From the NCBI GenBank assembly GCA_963717145.1, contig OY970325.1, forward strand, positions 1,600,001 to 1,664,000: a stretch of 64,000 nt of DNA. Reading direction: 5' to 3'. A program made the translations under genes and the position numbers. Below the pieces are notes generated by a model that saw nothing but the letters and a program-made list of their open reading frames with translations, was not told the DNA's origin and made no database searches. Of this stretch, positions 10,702 to 20,167 are shown piece after piece (position 1 is the first letter of the stretch; each line of letters starts with the position of its first letter). The DNA comes from an uncultured Armatimonadetes bacterium. GTDB taxonomy: Bacteria > Armatimonadota > UBA5829 > DTJY01.

Positions 10702-11082
10702 ATGCGAATTCCCGATGAGATAAGATTCGATTCCGACGGGTTGGTCCCGGCGGTCATACAGGACGCGGAAACCGGGCAGGTGCTGATGCTCGGGTTCATG
10801 AACCGCGAGTCGCTCCAGCGGACGCTCGATGAAGGCAAGGTCTGCTTCTGGAGCCGCTCGCGGAACAAGTTTTGGCTCAAGGGTGAGGAATCCGGCAACT
10901 TCCTCCTCGTGAAGGGCGTCTATGCCAACTGCTATGCCGACTCGCTACTCATCAAGGCCGAGCCGGTCGGCCCGACCTGCCATGCCGGCTACGATAGCTG
11001 CTACTACCGGCAGTTCACCGAGGATGGGCTCCAGGTGATCGCCGAGCAGGTCTTCGATCCGGCGGAGGTCTATAAGAAGTGA
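10702..11082 (+). CDS. hisI: Phosphoribosyl-AMP cyclohydrolase
   Basis: GLVPAVIQD, WSRSR, WLKGEESG, GPTCH..SC; AAGGAG RBS. Confidence 0.93.
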   Translation: MRIPDEIRFDSDGLVPAVIQDAETGQVLMLGFMNRESLQRTLDEGKVCFWSRSRNKFWLKGEESGNFLLVKGVYANCYADSLLIKAEPVGPTCHAGYDSCYYRQFTEDGLQVIAEQVFDPAEVYKK

Positions 11083-12581
11083 GAACGGCGACGAAGACCC
11101 GGAAGGCTGTCATTCTGAGCGCAGTGAAGAATCTGTCTCCGTGGGCCAGATTCTTCACTGCGCTCAGAATGACAGCCTTCCGCACAGGCATGGTTAGCGC
11201 ACTCGCAGTCCTTGCATGTGCGGCTGCGTGGGCGGCACCGGAGTACCGGGGCATTACCATACTCCACACGAACGACACCCACGGGCATCTGCTCCCCTTC
11301 AGTTTCGCTAAGCAGGTCAACCCGAAGGATAGCATCGCATCGATGCCTCACATCAGGGACATAGGCGGGATCGCACGCCGGGCCACGCTCGTTCACCGGA
11401 TCGAGGCCGAGTGCCGGGGGAACGTTCTGCTCCTCGACGCGGGCGATGCGCTCGACGGCACGCCCTTCTCCATCGAGTACATGGGCGAGGCCGATTTCGC
11501 CGCGATGTCGGCGGCCGGATACGACGCGATGACTCCCGGCAACCATGAGTTCAGTGCCTCGTACGACGAGTTCAACCGCAATGTCAATACGGCGACCTTC
11601 CCCATCGTGAGCGCCGATATCGTGGACCGGAAGTCAGGCAAGCTCGCCCTTCCGCCGTACACGATCTTCGAGATCGATGGCGTAAGGATTGCGGTCTTCG
11701 GGCTGACCGTCCCTGTCCCCAACTACCGAGCCGCGAAGGAAGGCTTCGACTTCCTCGATCCGATCCAGGCGGCAAAGGAACTGCTCCCACAGCTTCGAGA
11801 GAAGGCCGATGTCGTCATAGCGCTGTCCCACCTTGGCGTCGTCGACGACGAGCAATTGGCCCGCGAAGTGCCGGGGATCGACCTGATCGTGGGCGGGCAT
11901 TCGCACACGCGGCTGGCGAAACCTCTGTTCATCAGGACCAGGGAGCGGGAGGCATTCCGGATCGGCGGGACTCTCATCGTGCAGGATTACTGGTGGGGTG
12001 GCGAGTTGGGGCGGCTCGACCTCCGGCTCAGGCGCGACGGCGGGCCATTCACAGTGATGGGCTACGACGGCCGGCTGCTCCCGGTGACCGCTGACATCCC
12101 TGATGATCCCGAGACGAAGAAGGTCGTCGATCGCTACTATCGGCCGATCGCGCGGAAGTACGACGAAGTCATCGGGGAGACATCGGAGACTCTCTACGCT
12201 GGGCCCAAGCTGATCCGCCTGGTATGCGATGCCATGCGGGAGGCGTCAGGGGCGCAGATCGGCGTCTACGGTGGGCTGCGAGGCGATCTCCTTGCCGGCA
12301 AGATCAGGGTCTGGGACATTGCAGTTATGCTGCCCTTCAGGAACAAGTTGATGACCGCCGAGATCGCCGGAGGACAGCTTAAGCAGGCGATGAAGGCTCA
12401 TGGTCTCTTGTGTTCGGATATCGGAGAACCGCTCGACGATGACACGACCTACACCATCGCCACGGTCGACTTCTACCTGGGCAACGCTCTCAAGGATGCC
12501 AAGCCGATCAAGACCATCGCCGATGATTACCGCGACTCGGTGATCGCCTACATCAAGACTCTCGGGACAATCTCACCGTAG
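11079..12581 (+). CDS. Secreted 5'-nucleotidase / bifunctional metallophosphatase (paralog 1)
   Basis: TNDTHG, DAGD, GNHE, GGHSH; signal peptide ending AWA; GTG start overlaps the hisI stop (alternative starts 11169/11190). Confidence 0.9.
   Translation: MRTATKTRKAVILSAVKNLSPWARFFTALRMTAFRTGMVSALAVLACAAAWAAPEYRGITILHTNDTHGHLLPFSFAKQVNPKDSIASMPHIRDIGGIARRATLVHRIEAECRGNVLLLDAGDALDGTPFSIEYMGEADFAAMSAAGYDAMTPGNHEFSASYDEFNRNVNTATFPIVSADIVDRKSGKLALPPYTIFEIDGVRIAVFGLTVPVPNYRAAKEGFDFLDPIQAAKELLPQLREKADVVIALSHLGVVDDEQLAREVPGIDLIVGGHSHTRLAKPLFIRTREREAFRIGGTLIVQDYWWGGELGRLDLRLRRDGGPFTVMGYDGRLLPVTADIPDDPETKKVVDRYYRPIARKYDEVIGETSETLYAGPKLIRLVCDAMREASGAQIGVYGGLRGDLLAGKIRVWDIAVMLPFRNKLMTAEIAGGQLKQAMKAHGLLCSDIGEPLDDDTTYTIATVDFYLGNALKDAKPIKTIADDYRDSVIAYIKTLGTISP
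11100..11182. repeat. Palindromic element, family D
   Basis: TGTCATTCTGAGCGCAGTGAAGAATC ... GATTCTTCACTGCGCTCAGAATGACA plus 8-bp inverted flanks. Confidence 0.9.
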
Positions 12582-12648
12582 GGGCGACCCTTCAACGGTC
12601 GCCCGATAGGTCCGACGAACCGGGCGACCGTTGAAGGATCGCCCCTAC
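12578..12648. repeat. GTAG REP doublet, family C
   Basis: GTAGGGGCGACCCTTCAACGGTCGCCC ... GGGCGACCGTTGAAGGATCGCCCCTAC. Confidence 0.9.
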
Positions 12649-12674
12649 CGAATGCGTACAAGGAAACACGAAAC

Positions 12675-14240
12675 ATGCCCAGATTCACCAGGCTCTGTAT
12701 TCTCTTACTGATTGGCATCGCCGTCCGCGTGCCGTCGGCCGCCCAGGAATATCGTGGGATCACGCTCCTCTACACGAATGACATCCACGATCACCTGCTG
12801 CCATTCAGCTACCCGGATCCGCCGAACAACAGCCTGGGTTATTCGAAGATGAAGGCGATCAAGAACATCGGCGGAGTGGCGCGCATCGCCACGTTGATCG
12901 ACCACGTCCGTCAGGAGACCAAGGGCAACACGCTTGCCTTCGACGCCGGCGACCTGCTCGAGGGAACTCCTCTCACCATCGAGTATCATGGCGCGGCCGA
13001 CTTCGCCGCGCTCTCAGCCGCCGGGTACAATGCGTTCGTTCTGGGCAACCACGACTTACAGGTATCGCTCGACCAGTTGCACAAGAACATCAGCATGGCC
13101 TCGTTCCCTGTGGTCTGCGCGAATGTAATCGACCGGAGAACCGGCAAGCTCCTCCTGCCGCCATACGCGATCTTCACGGTGCAGGATGTCAAGATCGCGG
13201 TCCTCGGCGTGACAGCCGACGGCGTCGCGGACGGACTGAAAGCCGTCAAGGAGGGCCTGACGGTCACCGATCCGGTCGCCGCCGCCAGGGAGTACGTCCC
13301 CAAGCTCCGCGAGCAGGCGGACCTCGTGGTCATCCTGAGCCACATGGGAGTCGGCGAGGACAAGAAGCTTGCGAAGGACGTTCCCGGCATCGACGTGATC
13401 TTCGGCGGACACTCGCACTCGTGGCAGAAGGAGCCGATCCTCGTCAAGAACCGCGACTGGGAACCGTTCCGCATAGACGGCACGATCAGCGCATACTGCT
13501 ACGAGCACGGCGGCGAGCTTGGGCGATTGAACCTCCGGCTGCGAAAGAACAACGGCCGGTTCGAGATCATGGGCTTCGACGGCGGGCTGATTCCGGTCAC
13601 GGCCGACATCCCCGACGATCCGAAGACTGCCAACGTGATCGACAGGTACTACAAGCCGATCGCACATCTGTATGACGAGGTCGTCGGTGAGGCCGCAGAC
13701 ACGTTCTTCAACGATCGCGCGGGAGAGAATACAATGCTCAACCTGATCTGCGATGCCATGAAGGAAGTCACCGGCTCGCAGGTCGCGGTCTTCGGTGAGG
13801 CGGGATGCCGGGGGGATGTCATCGCCGGCCCGGTCAAGGTCTGGGACCTGAGTCTCGTGATGCCGAATCCCTACAAAATGGTGACGATGCGGATCACCGG
13901 CGCGCGGCTGAAGGAGCACCTGGCGCTCCGCATCCCGGGCGTCTCCGCCGGGATGAAGTACAAGGTCGTCGGAGCGACTGCCACCGAGAGCCCGAGGAAA
14001 GGCCAGAGGGTCGGCACGATCGCCGAGTGTACCCTCGACGGCAAGCCGATCGACGACAACGCGATGTACACGCTCACGACCCACGAGTGGTTCCTCCAGC
14101 TTTTCTTCAAGGACATCACCGACGCAAAGATACTCGATCTGGACTGCCGCGGTGCGGTGGCGGAGTACTTCAGGAGACACAAGGTCGTCTCGCCCGTGAG
14201 GGATGGACGGCGCGACGTGGAGAGGGGCTTGCTCGGATGA
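12675..14240 (+). CDS. Secreted 5'-nucleotidase / bifunctional metallophosphatase (paralog 2)
   Basis: TNDIHD, DAGD, GNHD, GGHSH; signal peptide; colinear with paralog 1. Confidence 0.9.
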   Translation: MPRFTRLCILLLIGIAVRVPSAAQEYRGITLLYTNDIHDHLLPFSYPDPPNNSLGYSKMKAIKNIGGVARIATLIDHVRQETKGNTLAFDAGDLLEGTPLTIEYHGAADFAALSAAGYNAFVLGNHDLQVSLDQLHKNISMASFPVVCANVIDRRTGKLLLPPYAIFTVQDVKIAVLGVTADGVADGLKAVKEGLTVTDPVAAAREYVPKLREQADLVVILSHMGVGEDKKLAKDVPGIDVIFGGHSHSWQKEPILVKNRDWEPFRIDGTISAYCYEHGGELGRLNLRLRKNNGRFEIMGFDGGLIPVTADIPDDPKTANVIDRYYKPIAHLYDEVVGEAADTFFNDRAGENTMLNLICDAMKEVTGSQVAVFGEAGCRGDVIAGPVKVWDLSLVMPNPYKMVTMRITGARLKEHLALRIPGVSAGMKYKVVGATATESPRKGQRVGTIAECTLDGKPIDDNAMYTLTTHEWFLQLFFKDITDAKILDLDCRGAVAEYFRRHKVVSPVRDGRRDVERGLLG

Positions 14241-15772
14241 ACTCAGCGGATCTGATCCTGACGAACGGACGGTTTTTCACGCTCGACCCCGTGATGCCGT
14301 GGGCGGCGGCGGTTGCAGTCGCCGGCGACCGAATCCTCGCGACCGGCGGTCTCGATGAGATCGCGGCGTATAAGGGTCCGGATACCGAGGTCATCGATCT
14401 GATGGGCAAGACCGTCATCCCCGGCCTGACCGATTCGCATATCCACCTCGTGCTCTATGGCATGGATACGCTCTTCCGCGCAGACCTGGGCGGATGCCGG
14501 TCGATCGGTGAGATGCAGGACCGTCTCCGCGCGTTTGACAAGGAGCGGTCGCCGGAATGGATCATCGGCTGCGGGTTCGACCACGAGATCTTCGCCGAGA
14601 AGCGATTCCCCACTCGCCAGGACCTCGATGAGGTGAGCCGCGACAAGCCGATCATCGTCGTGAGGCTCTGCGGGCATGCGATCGTGGTGAACAGCAAGGC
14701 GATCGAACTCGGAGACGCCGACAAGCTGCCCGCATCCGGGCGAGAGACCGGCCTGCTGACCGAGGACGATCAGGACCCCGTGTTCGATCATGCGCCGAGT
14801 CCGACAGTCGAGCAGCGGACCGAGGCGATCCTCTTCGCCGCTGAGAAGGCGCGGGCGACCGGCATCACGGCGATCCACTGTCTGATCGGTCGCATGGAGG
14901 AGTTCAACATCCTCCGCAGTCTCCATGACGAAGACAGGCTGCCGATCAGATTCTACGTCCAGGTGCCATACAGCATCTTCCCACAACTCGCATCGGAGGG
15001 ACTCAAGACGGGTGATGGCGACGACATGCTGAGGATCGGCTCGGTCAAGATGTTCGAGGACGGCTCGATGGGCGCCTGGACTGCCGGCATGCGCGAGCCG
15101 TTCACCGACAGGCCAGACACCAGCGGTCTCTTGATGCGCACACAGGAAGAGCTGACGGAGATGGTGCGCAAGGTCCACAACGCCGGCTGGCAGGCGGCCG
15201 TTCATGCGATCGGTGACCTCGCGGTCGAGACCACGGTCAACGCGTTCGAGACGGTGCTCAACGAGACCGGCGAGGACAATAGAGTCCGCCGACACAGGGT
15301 CGAGCATGCCTCGATCCTCGCAGAAGACCTGGTCGAGCGGATGGCGCGGTTGCACATCCTGGCAGCCGTTCAACCTCAGTTCGTCATCACGGACTTCTGG
15401 ACGATCGACCGCGTCGGGCCGGAAAGATATCGCTGGACGTACCCGTTCCGCACGCTGATGGAGTCGGGCGTCCCGACGTCGCTCGGCTCGGACTGCCCGG
15501 TCGAGAATCTCGATGCGTTCGAGTTGATCTACCGCGCGGTGACACGGGATGAGCACAGTCAGTCGGAGTGCCTGACCGTAGAGGAGACAGTCCGCCTCTA
15601 TGCGCTCGGCGGGGCATACGCAGCCTTCCAGGAGAACATCCGCGGCTCGATCGAGGCCGGGAAGCTCGCCGACATGGTCGTCCTCGACACCGACATCTTC
15701 AACGTCCCACCCTCAGACATCCCCAGGTGCCGCCCGAGTGTGATCGTCCTCGGCGGTAAGCTCCAACCGTAG
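14237..15772 (+). CDS. YtcJ-like amidohydrolase (Amidohydro_3)
   Basis: PGLTDSHIH, HAIGD, RVEHAS, GSD, GSIEAGKLAD; ATGA overlap with the upstream gene. Confidence 0.92.
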   Translation: MNSADLILTNGRFFTLDPVMPWAAAVAVAGDRILATGGLDEIAAYKGPDTEVIDLMGKTVIPGLTDSHIHLVLYGMDTLFRADLGGCRSIGEMQDRLRAFDKERSPEWIIGCGFDHEIFAEKRFPTRQDLDEVSRDKPIIVVRLCGHAIVVNSKAIELGDADKLPASGRETGLLTEDDQDPVFDHAPSPTVEQRTEAILFAAEKARATGITAIHCLIGRMEEFNILRSLHDEDRLPIRFYVQVPYSIFPQLASEGLKTGDGDDMLRIGSVKMFEDGSMGAWTAGMREPFTDRPDTSGLLMRTQEELTEMVRKVHNAGWQAAVHAIGDLAVETTVNAFETVLNETGEDNRVRRHRVEHASILAEDLVERMARLHILAAVQPQFVITDFWTIDRVGPERYRWTYPFRTLMESGVPTSLGSDCPVENLDAFELIYRAVTRDEHSQSECLTVEETVRLYALGGAYAAFQENIRGSIEAGKLADMVVLDTDIFNVPPSDIPRCRPSVIVLGGKLQP

Positions 15773-15834
15773 TGGCCGCGCCTCCGTGCCGGCCTCTGAA
15801 CGGTTGCAGGCCGGCACGGAGGCACGGCCACTAC
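15769..15834. repeat. GTAG REP doublet, family B
   Basis: Arms match the 5745 copy. Confidence 0.9.
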
Positions 15835-15847
15835 GTCCATATCCCTT

Positions 15848-15885
15848 TTCGATCCCCTGACGACTCCTGTCGTCGGGGGATCGAA
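15848..15885. repeat. Single hairpin, family E
   Basis: CGATCCCCTGACGACTCCTGTCGTCGGGGGATCG; exact reverse complement at 17577-17610. Confidence 0.85.
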
Positions 15886-16016
15886 CCGCTGGATTCCAGA
15901 GCAAGAACCCCCGACCCGCACTAAACTTCCCCATTCATGCCGCCGATAATAGTGCTACAAGTCGCCTCGTGTTCTGCACAGGCAGCAGACGTGATCTCCC
16001 TCGTTGAGGTGCGTAC

Positions 16017-16448
16017 ATGGCTAACTCGGAGTTTAGCATTACCCTGCGAAACTGCGCCGGTGTTCCGGTACTTGATCTTGCCGGCGACGTGAACAACAAC
16101 ACCCTGGGCAAGCTGGAGGACATGCTCGAAAGGTTGATCGGCGCGGGACACTACAACGTCATGATCAACCTCAAGAGGGCGGCCGCTCAAGGGCTGACCA
16201 ACCTGGAATCACTGAGGAAAGTGGCGCAGTTGATCCAGTCGCATTACGGCAATCTCGATGTCATCGCGGAGACCGAGCAGATCGCCAGCCTGGTCCAACG
16301 CAACGCGATCGACAAACTCTTCAGGTTTTGCACATCCGAGGGGCAGGCGCTCACAAGGATCCGGAGGATACCCGGACACACTGCTTCAGGGGTGAAATCC
16401 ACTCCCGCCAGATTGTTAGAAACGAGGTCAAAGCAGGTACAAGCATGA
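16017..16448 (+). CDS. STAS-domain protein (anti-anti-sigma-like)
   Basis: VPVLDLAGDV, VMINL, KLFRFCTSEGQAL pattern; GAGGTG RBS. Confidence 0.7.
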   Translation: MANSEFSITLRNCAGVPVLDLAGDVNNNTLGKLEDMLERLIGAGHYNVMINLKRAAAQGLTNLESLRKVAQLIQSHYGNLDVIAETEQIASLVQRNAIDKLFRFCTSEGQALTRIRRIPGHTASGVKSTPARLLETRSKQVQA

Positions 16449-16660
16449 CGAATCAGAACTCACAGCTCAGGATCATCAACGTTATGGACCCGGTTATGTG
16501 CCTGCGATGCAGGAGCGCGCACATCGCCGAAGTGCTGTTCACCGACGGGTCGACCAAGAAAATGTTCTACTGCTCCCGGCTCGACTGCGACAACTGGAAC
16601 TGCAGCGGACAAGAGGTTTCGGAGATCGAGGAGACGGCGGTGGAGGAGCATAACGAGTAG
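16445..16660 (+). CDS. Small Cys-rich hypothetical protein (putative Zn-binding)
   Basis: ATGA overlap with the STAS gene; CLRC ... CSRLDCDNW. Confidence 0.7.
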   Translation: MTNQNSQLRIINVMDPVMCLRCRSAHIAEVLFTDGSTKKMFYCSRLDCDNWNCSGQEVSEIEETAVEEHNE

Positions 16661-16692
16661 CCGCGAAGCTCAAAGGTAAAGGTTCGCAGATC

Positions 16693-16761
16693 GTTCGGGC
16701 AGCACCACCGCGTTCGGGCAGGAGTTGTACTCCTGCCCGAACGCGGTGGTGCTGCCCGAAC
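16693..16761. repeat. Nested palindrome, family F; possible bidirectional terminator between convergent genes
   Basis: 33-bp perfect arms around core CGTTCGGGCAGGAGT-TGT-ACTCCTGCCCGAACG. Confidence 0.85.
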
Positions 16762-16777
16762 ACGGTGGTGAACTGGT

Positions 16778-17560
16778 TCATTCGCCAAGACTGATGCGGC
16801 TTCGCTCGGCCTCGAGTGCAGCGTCGCGGACTATCAGGCGGTCGCCTTCCAGACGAACCGCACGGATGTCGTGATCGGAAGGGATGTATCCGCTCTCCGA
16901 GACCACATCGAGCCTTCGACCCCGAAACTCCCCCGTGCCCGAAGGCTTGAGAGCTGTGACCGCCGTGCCCGTGCTGCCCACATATTCGCGTGCGTCCTCG
17001 GTCGAGACGGCATACGTCCCCACCGTCTGATCGAGTCGCTGCCCGAGTCTCCGCCACGTGGCGGTCTTCGGCAGGTAGACAAGGAACGCCGCGACCACCA
17101 TGAGCGTGAACAGCGCCGAAGTCAACCCCGCAAAGACCGCGTTGACAGCCGCCCCGCCGAGCGCCCAGAAAAGGCCGAGGAAGACACCGATCACGCCCCC
17201 CACCCCGCTGATTCCGTGCCCCGGGAAGACGTGCGCCTCCATGAGTATCAGCCCTAACCCGATCAGGAACATGGTCACCCCGAGCCAGCTCGCCACTCCC
17301 GCGGTGATATAGACGGCGAACACGAGCGCCAGGCATGCGACTCCGCCGGTACCGGTAAGCCCCCAGGTGTTGATGGTGAGCAGGTCGATGATGAGCAGAG
17401 TCATCCCCAGGGCCAGTACGACAAACGTGACCCAGGGAACGAGCATCACGCTCTCGATCTGCTGCCACAGAGTACCGTCGGCGCGTGCAATGCCCTGCGC
17501 GAAGGCGGGAGCGCTCGCCAGCATCACCATATTCGCGGATATGAGGAGTCGTTTCAACAT
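16778..17560 (-). CDS. NfeD-like membrane protein with a C-terminal OB fold
   Basis: Signal peptide, several TM helices, EAHVFPGHG, G..GTAVTALKPSG, DVVSE..YI. Confidence 0.85.
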   Translation of the reverse strand: MLKRLLISANMVMLASAPAFAQGIARADGTLWQQIESVMLVPWVTFVVLALGMTLLIIDLLTINTWGLTGTGGVACLALVFAVYITAGVASWLGVTMFLIGLGLILMEAHVFPGHGISGVGGVIGVFLGLFWALGGAAVNAVFAGLTSALFTLMVVAAFLVYLPKTATWRRLGQRLDQTVGTYAVSTEDAREYVGSTGTAVTALKPSGTGEFRGRRLDVVSESGYIPSDHDIRAVRLEGDRLIVRDAALEAERSRISLGE

Positions 17561-17575
17561 CTTGACAGTCTTTCG

Positions 17576-17611
17576 CCGATCCCCCGACGACAGGAGTCGT
17601 CAGGGGATCGG
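17576..17611. repeat. Single hairpin, family E
   Basis: Reverse complement of 15850-15883. Confidence 0.85.
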
Positions 17612-17622
17612 TGCACTTTCGA

Positions 17623-17997
17623 CTAGTCCCCTGCGGAAAACCAATCGATCTTGCGGCACGTATTATACCGCACGACCGCGGCGAAAATCATGGCTCCCTC
17701 ATGGAGCCGCTCTCGAAAATGTGAGAAACATCGTTTGATCCGGTCCGCAACGCCGAGTCTCGACTCGGCGCGAACCTGCGAGCACATAGGCGCGAACTCG
17801 ATCCACAGGTCGAGTACCGGCTCATGTGGCGGTAAGTCATGGATCACCCCGAGAGCCTGCTGGAGTTCATCGAGTTCGTTGCGGCACGACTCGCAGCCGC
17901 TGAGATGGTCCATCAGGCGGGTCAGATCGGGCTCGATCAGATACTCCTCGAGATAGTCGGAAAAGAGTTCCTTTGCTTCCGGGCATCTCATCATCAT
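17623..17997 (-). CDS. ZAS (zf-HC2) anti-sigma factor
   Basis: HLSGCESC motif; overlaps the ECF sigma stop. Confidence 0.88.
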   Translation of the reverse strand: MMMRCPEAKELFSDYLEEYLIEPDLTRLMDHLSGCESCRNELDELQQALGVIHDLPPHEPVLDLWIEFAPMCSQVRAESRLGVADRIKRCFSHFRERLHEGAMIFAAVVRYNTCRKIDWFSAGD

Positions 17998-18680
17998 TCC
18001 TCCTTGATCTGGTCCAGGTACGGCTTCATCTTGTCCTTGAATGCCATCCTTGCCCGGTGAAGCCTGGACTTTACATTTGAAAGTGACATCTCTGTAACGA
18101 GGCTGACTTCCTCGTATGATAGCTGTTCGAAGTCCCGCAGCACGATGAGCAGACGCTGGTCGGGCGGGAGGGTCGCCAGTACCGAATTCACGACCCGTTG
18201 GATCTCGTGCGTTTCAACTATTCGTTCCACATCGGCGGAGTCGTCGGAAATGAAATCGGTGTAGGGCTGGTCCTCCAGCATCGAGTCGAGCGACTCCTCG
18301 CGGACGCAGCTCTGCCGGCGTAACCGGTTGAGGCAGACATTGCGCGCGATGCTGTAGAGCCAGGTGGAGAACTTCGAGTCGCCTCGGAACGTGTGGGCGG
18401 CCCGGAGCACGTGACAGAACACGTCCTGGGTGAGGTCGTATGCATCCTCGCTCTTGACCATGCGGCTGACGATATTGAAGATCGAGGTCTGGTACTTCCG
18501 GAACAGGATCTCGAACGCGCGATCATCGCCCGCCAGGTACTTCGTGACGAGCGCCGCGTCGGTGTCCTGTTCGAGTACCGCGCTTGCAGTGGGTAGTCTA
18601 GGCATAGTCACTGTCATCTCGGCGTTTCCCATCCGATCATGCCTCCGTATCAGTTCGGCATCGATGGAGTCGCAAGCCAT
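17994..18680 (-). CDS. ECF RNA polymerase sigma factor
   Basis: DLTQDVF, FSTWLYSIARN, SYEEVS, VKSRLHRAR; start may be 18617. Confidence 0.95.
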   Translation of the reverse strand: MACDSIDAELIRRHDRMGNAEMTVTMPRLPTASAVLEQDTDAALVTKYLAGDDRAFEILFRKYQTSIFNIVSRMVKSEDAYDLTQDVFCHVLRAAHTFRGDSKFSTWLYSIARNVCLNRLRRQSCVREESLDSMLEDQPYTDFISDDSADVERIVETHEIQRVVNSVLATLPPDQRLLIVLRDFEQLSYEEVSLVTEMSLSNVKSRLHRARMAFKDKMKPYLDQIKEE

Positions 18681-18708
18681 GTCGGCTGCCTCTACTGCTA
18701 CACTGATT

Positions 18709-18736
18709 TAGACAATCGGATTCGCCGAAAGTTGCA
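18709..18736 (-). promoter_or_regulatory. Putative ECF autoregulatory promoter
   Basis: TGCAAC-16 nt-TGTCTA, similar to the SigW/SigM-type TGAAAC-N16-CGT consensus. Confidence 0.5.
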
Positions 18737-18811
18737 CATCCTCGGCCCTATCATATCACATTCGATGCGCAGAGTTCCTTCATGGAGGGTAACACCTCAC
18801 GATCATGTACA

Positions 18812-18889
18812 GCGGATGTCATTCTGAACGCAGTGAAGAATCCGGCGGTGCGCAGACAGATTCTTCACTGCGTTCAGAATGACATCCGC
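18812..18889. repeat. Palindromic element, family D
   Basis: TGTCATTCTGAACGCAGTGAAGAATC ... GATTCTTCACTGCGTTCAGAATGACA plus 5-bp inverted flanks. Confidence 0.9.
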
Positions 18890-18980
18890 GCGGGCAATTG
18901 TCAGCGATCGTGAACTCTTTCCATGGAGGAGTTGTGCCCGCCGTGGTTGAACAGTGATCGGGGGAGGTTCGCTGCATAGA

Positions 18981-19020
18981 CCCCCTCGGCCCAGAGGCCG
19001 GTCCCCCTTCTCAAGGGGGA
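18981..19020. repeat. Family I single arm
   Basis: GGCCCAGAGGCCGGTCCCCTTCTCAAGGGGGA, near-identical to 9693-9725. Confidence 0.75.
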
Positions 19021-19042
19021 TATTTCTCGGTGTGATCCACAT

Positions 19043-20167
19043 ATGCCGAAAGCCGCCCTGATCTACAGCCCCGAAATGACCGGCTACGATCTGGGCCTGA
19101 GCCATCCGATGCGACCGGAGCGGCTCAGGCTGACATATGAACTCGTCTCCGCCTACGGACTCCTCGGCGGCGATTCGAGGCTGATTCCGCCCATGCCGGC
19201 AAGCCGCTGTGATCTGGAGTCGGTGCACTCACCCGAATACATCGATGCCGTCATGGCCCTGAGCGCCGGCGCTGACGAGCCATCGCCCGCGGAATTCGGC
19301 TTCGGGTCGCTGGATAACCCGCCATTCATCGGGATGTATGAGGCTTCGCTCCTGTACACGGGAGCGTCGGTCCTGGCGGCCGACCTCGTCGCCCGAGGGG
19401 AGTGCGATCGAGTGTTCAGCATCTCCGGCGGACTCCATCATGCGATGCGGGAATGTGCGAGCGGCTTCTCCGTGTTCAACGATCCTGCGATCGCCATTCA
19501 GCGCCTCGGGCAGACGTTTGGCCGAGTCGCGTACATAGACATCGACGCGCACCATGGCGATGGCGTTCAGGCGGCATTCTACGAATCGAGCGATGTGCTG
19601 ACGATATCGATCCACGAGTCGGGGCACTTCCTGTTCCCCGGCACCGGCTTCACCGACGAGATCGGAATCGGCGCGGGCACAGGGTACTCGGTGAATATCC
19701 CGCTCACCCCCTCGACCTCGGACGACGTGTACCTGTGGGCATTCGACGAGGTCGTTCCTCCACTGATCGAAGCCTTCGACCCCGAGGTTATCGTCACTCA
19801 GCTCGGGGTCGATTCGCATTTTCAGGATCCTCTCGCGCACCTGGCGCTGACGAGCCGCGGGTTCAACGCGCTCGTGGAGCGCATAATCGGATTGGGTCGG
19901 CCACTGGTGGCTCTGGGCGGCGGCGGGTACAATCTCTCTGCAGTCCCCAGGCTCTGGGCGCTCGCCTATGGTCTCATGACCGGCCGCGAGATCGCGGAGC
20001 AGATTCCGCCCGCATACACGGCCAAGTACGGAATCACTCACTTGCATGACGTGGCTCAGCCCGGGGCGGCCCGGCACCAGAGGCACAACGTCCGCCCCGA
20101 TGCCGAGAGTGCCGTGCGCGACATCAAGCGCATGGTCTTCCCTGTCCACGGACTGAGCGGCGAATGA
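19043..20167 (+). CDS. acuC: Zn-dependent deacetylase (AcuC/histone deacetylase family)
   Basis: HPMRPER, GGLHHA, DIDAHHGDG, FPGTG, GGGGY. Confidence 0.88.
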   Translation: MPKAALIYSPEMTGYDLGLSHPMRPERLRLTYELVSAYGLLGGDSRLIPPMPASRCDLESVHSPEYIDAVMALSAGADEPSPAEFGFGSLDNPPFIGMYEASLLYTGASVLAADLVARGECDRVFSISGGLHHAMRECASGFSVFNDPAIAIQRLGQTFGRVAYIDIDAHHGDGVQAAFYESSDVLTISIHESGHFLFPGTGFTDEIGIGAGTGYSVNIPLTPSTSDDVYLWAFDEVVPPLIEAFDPEVIVTQLGVDSHFQDPLAHLALTSRGFNALVERIIGLGRPLVALGGGGYNLSAVPRLWALAYGLMTGREIAEQIPPAYTAKYGITHLHDVAQPGAARHQRHNVRPDAESAVRDIKRMVFPVHGLSGE

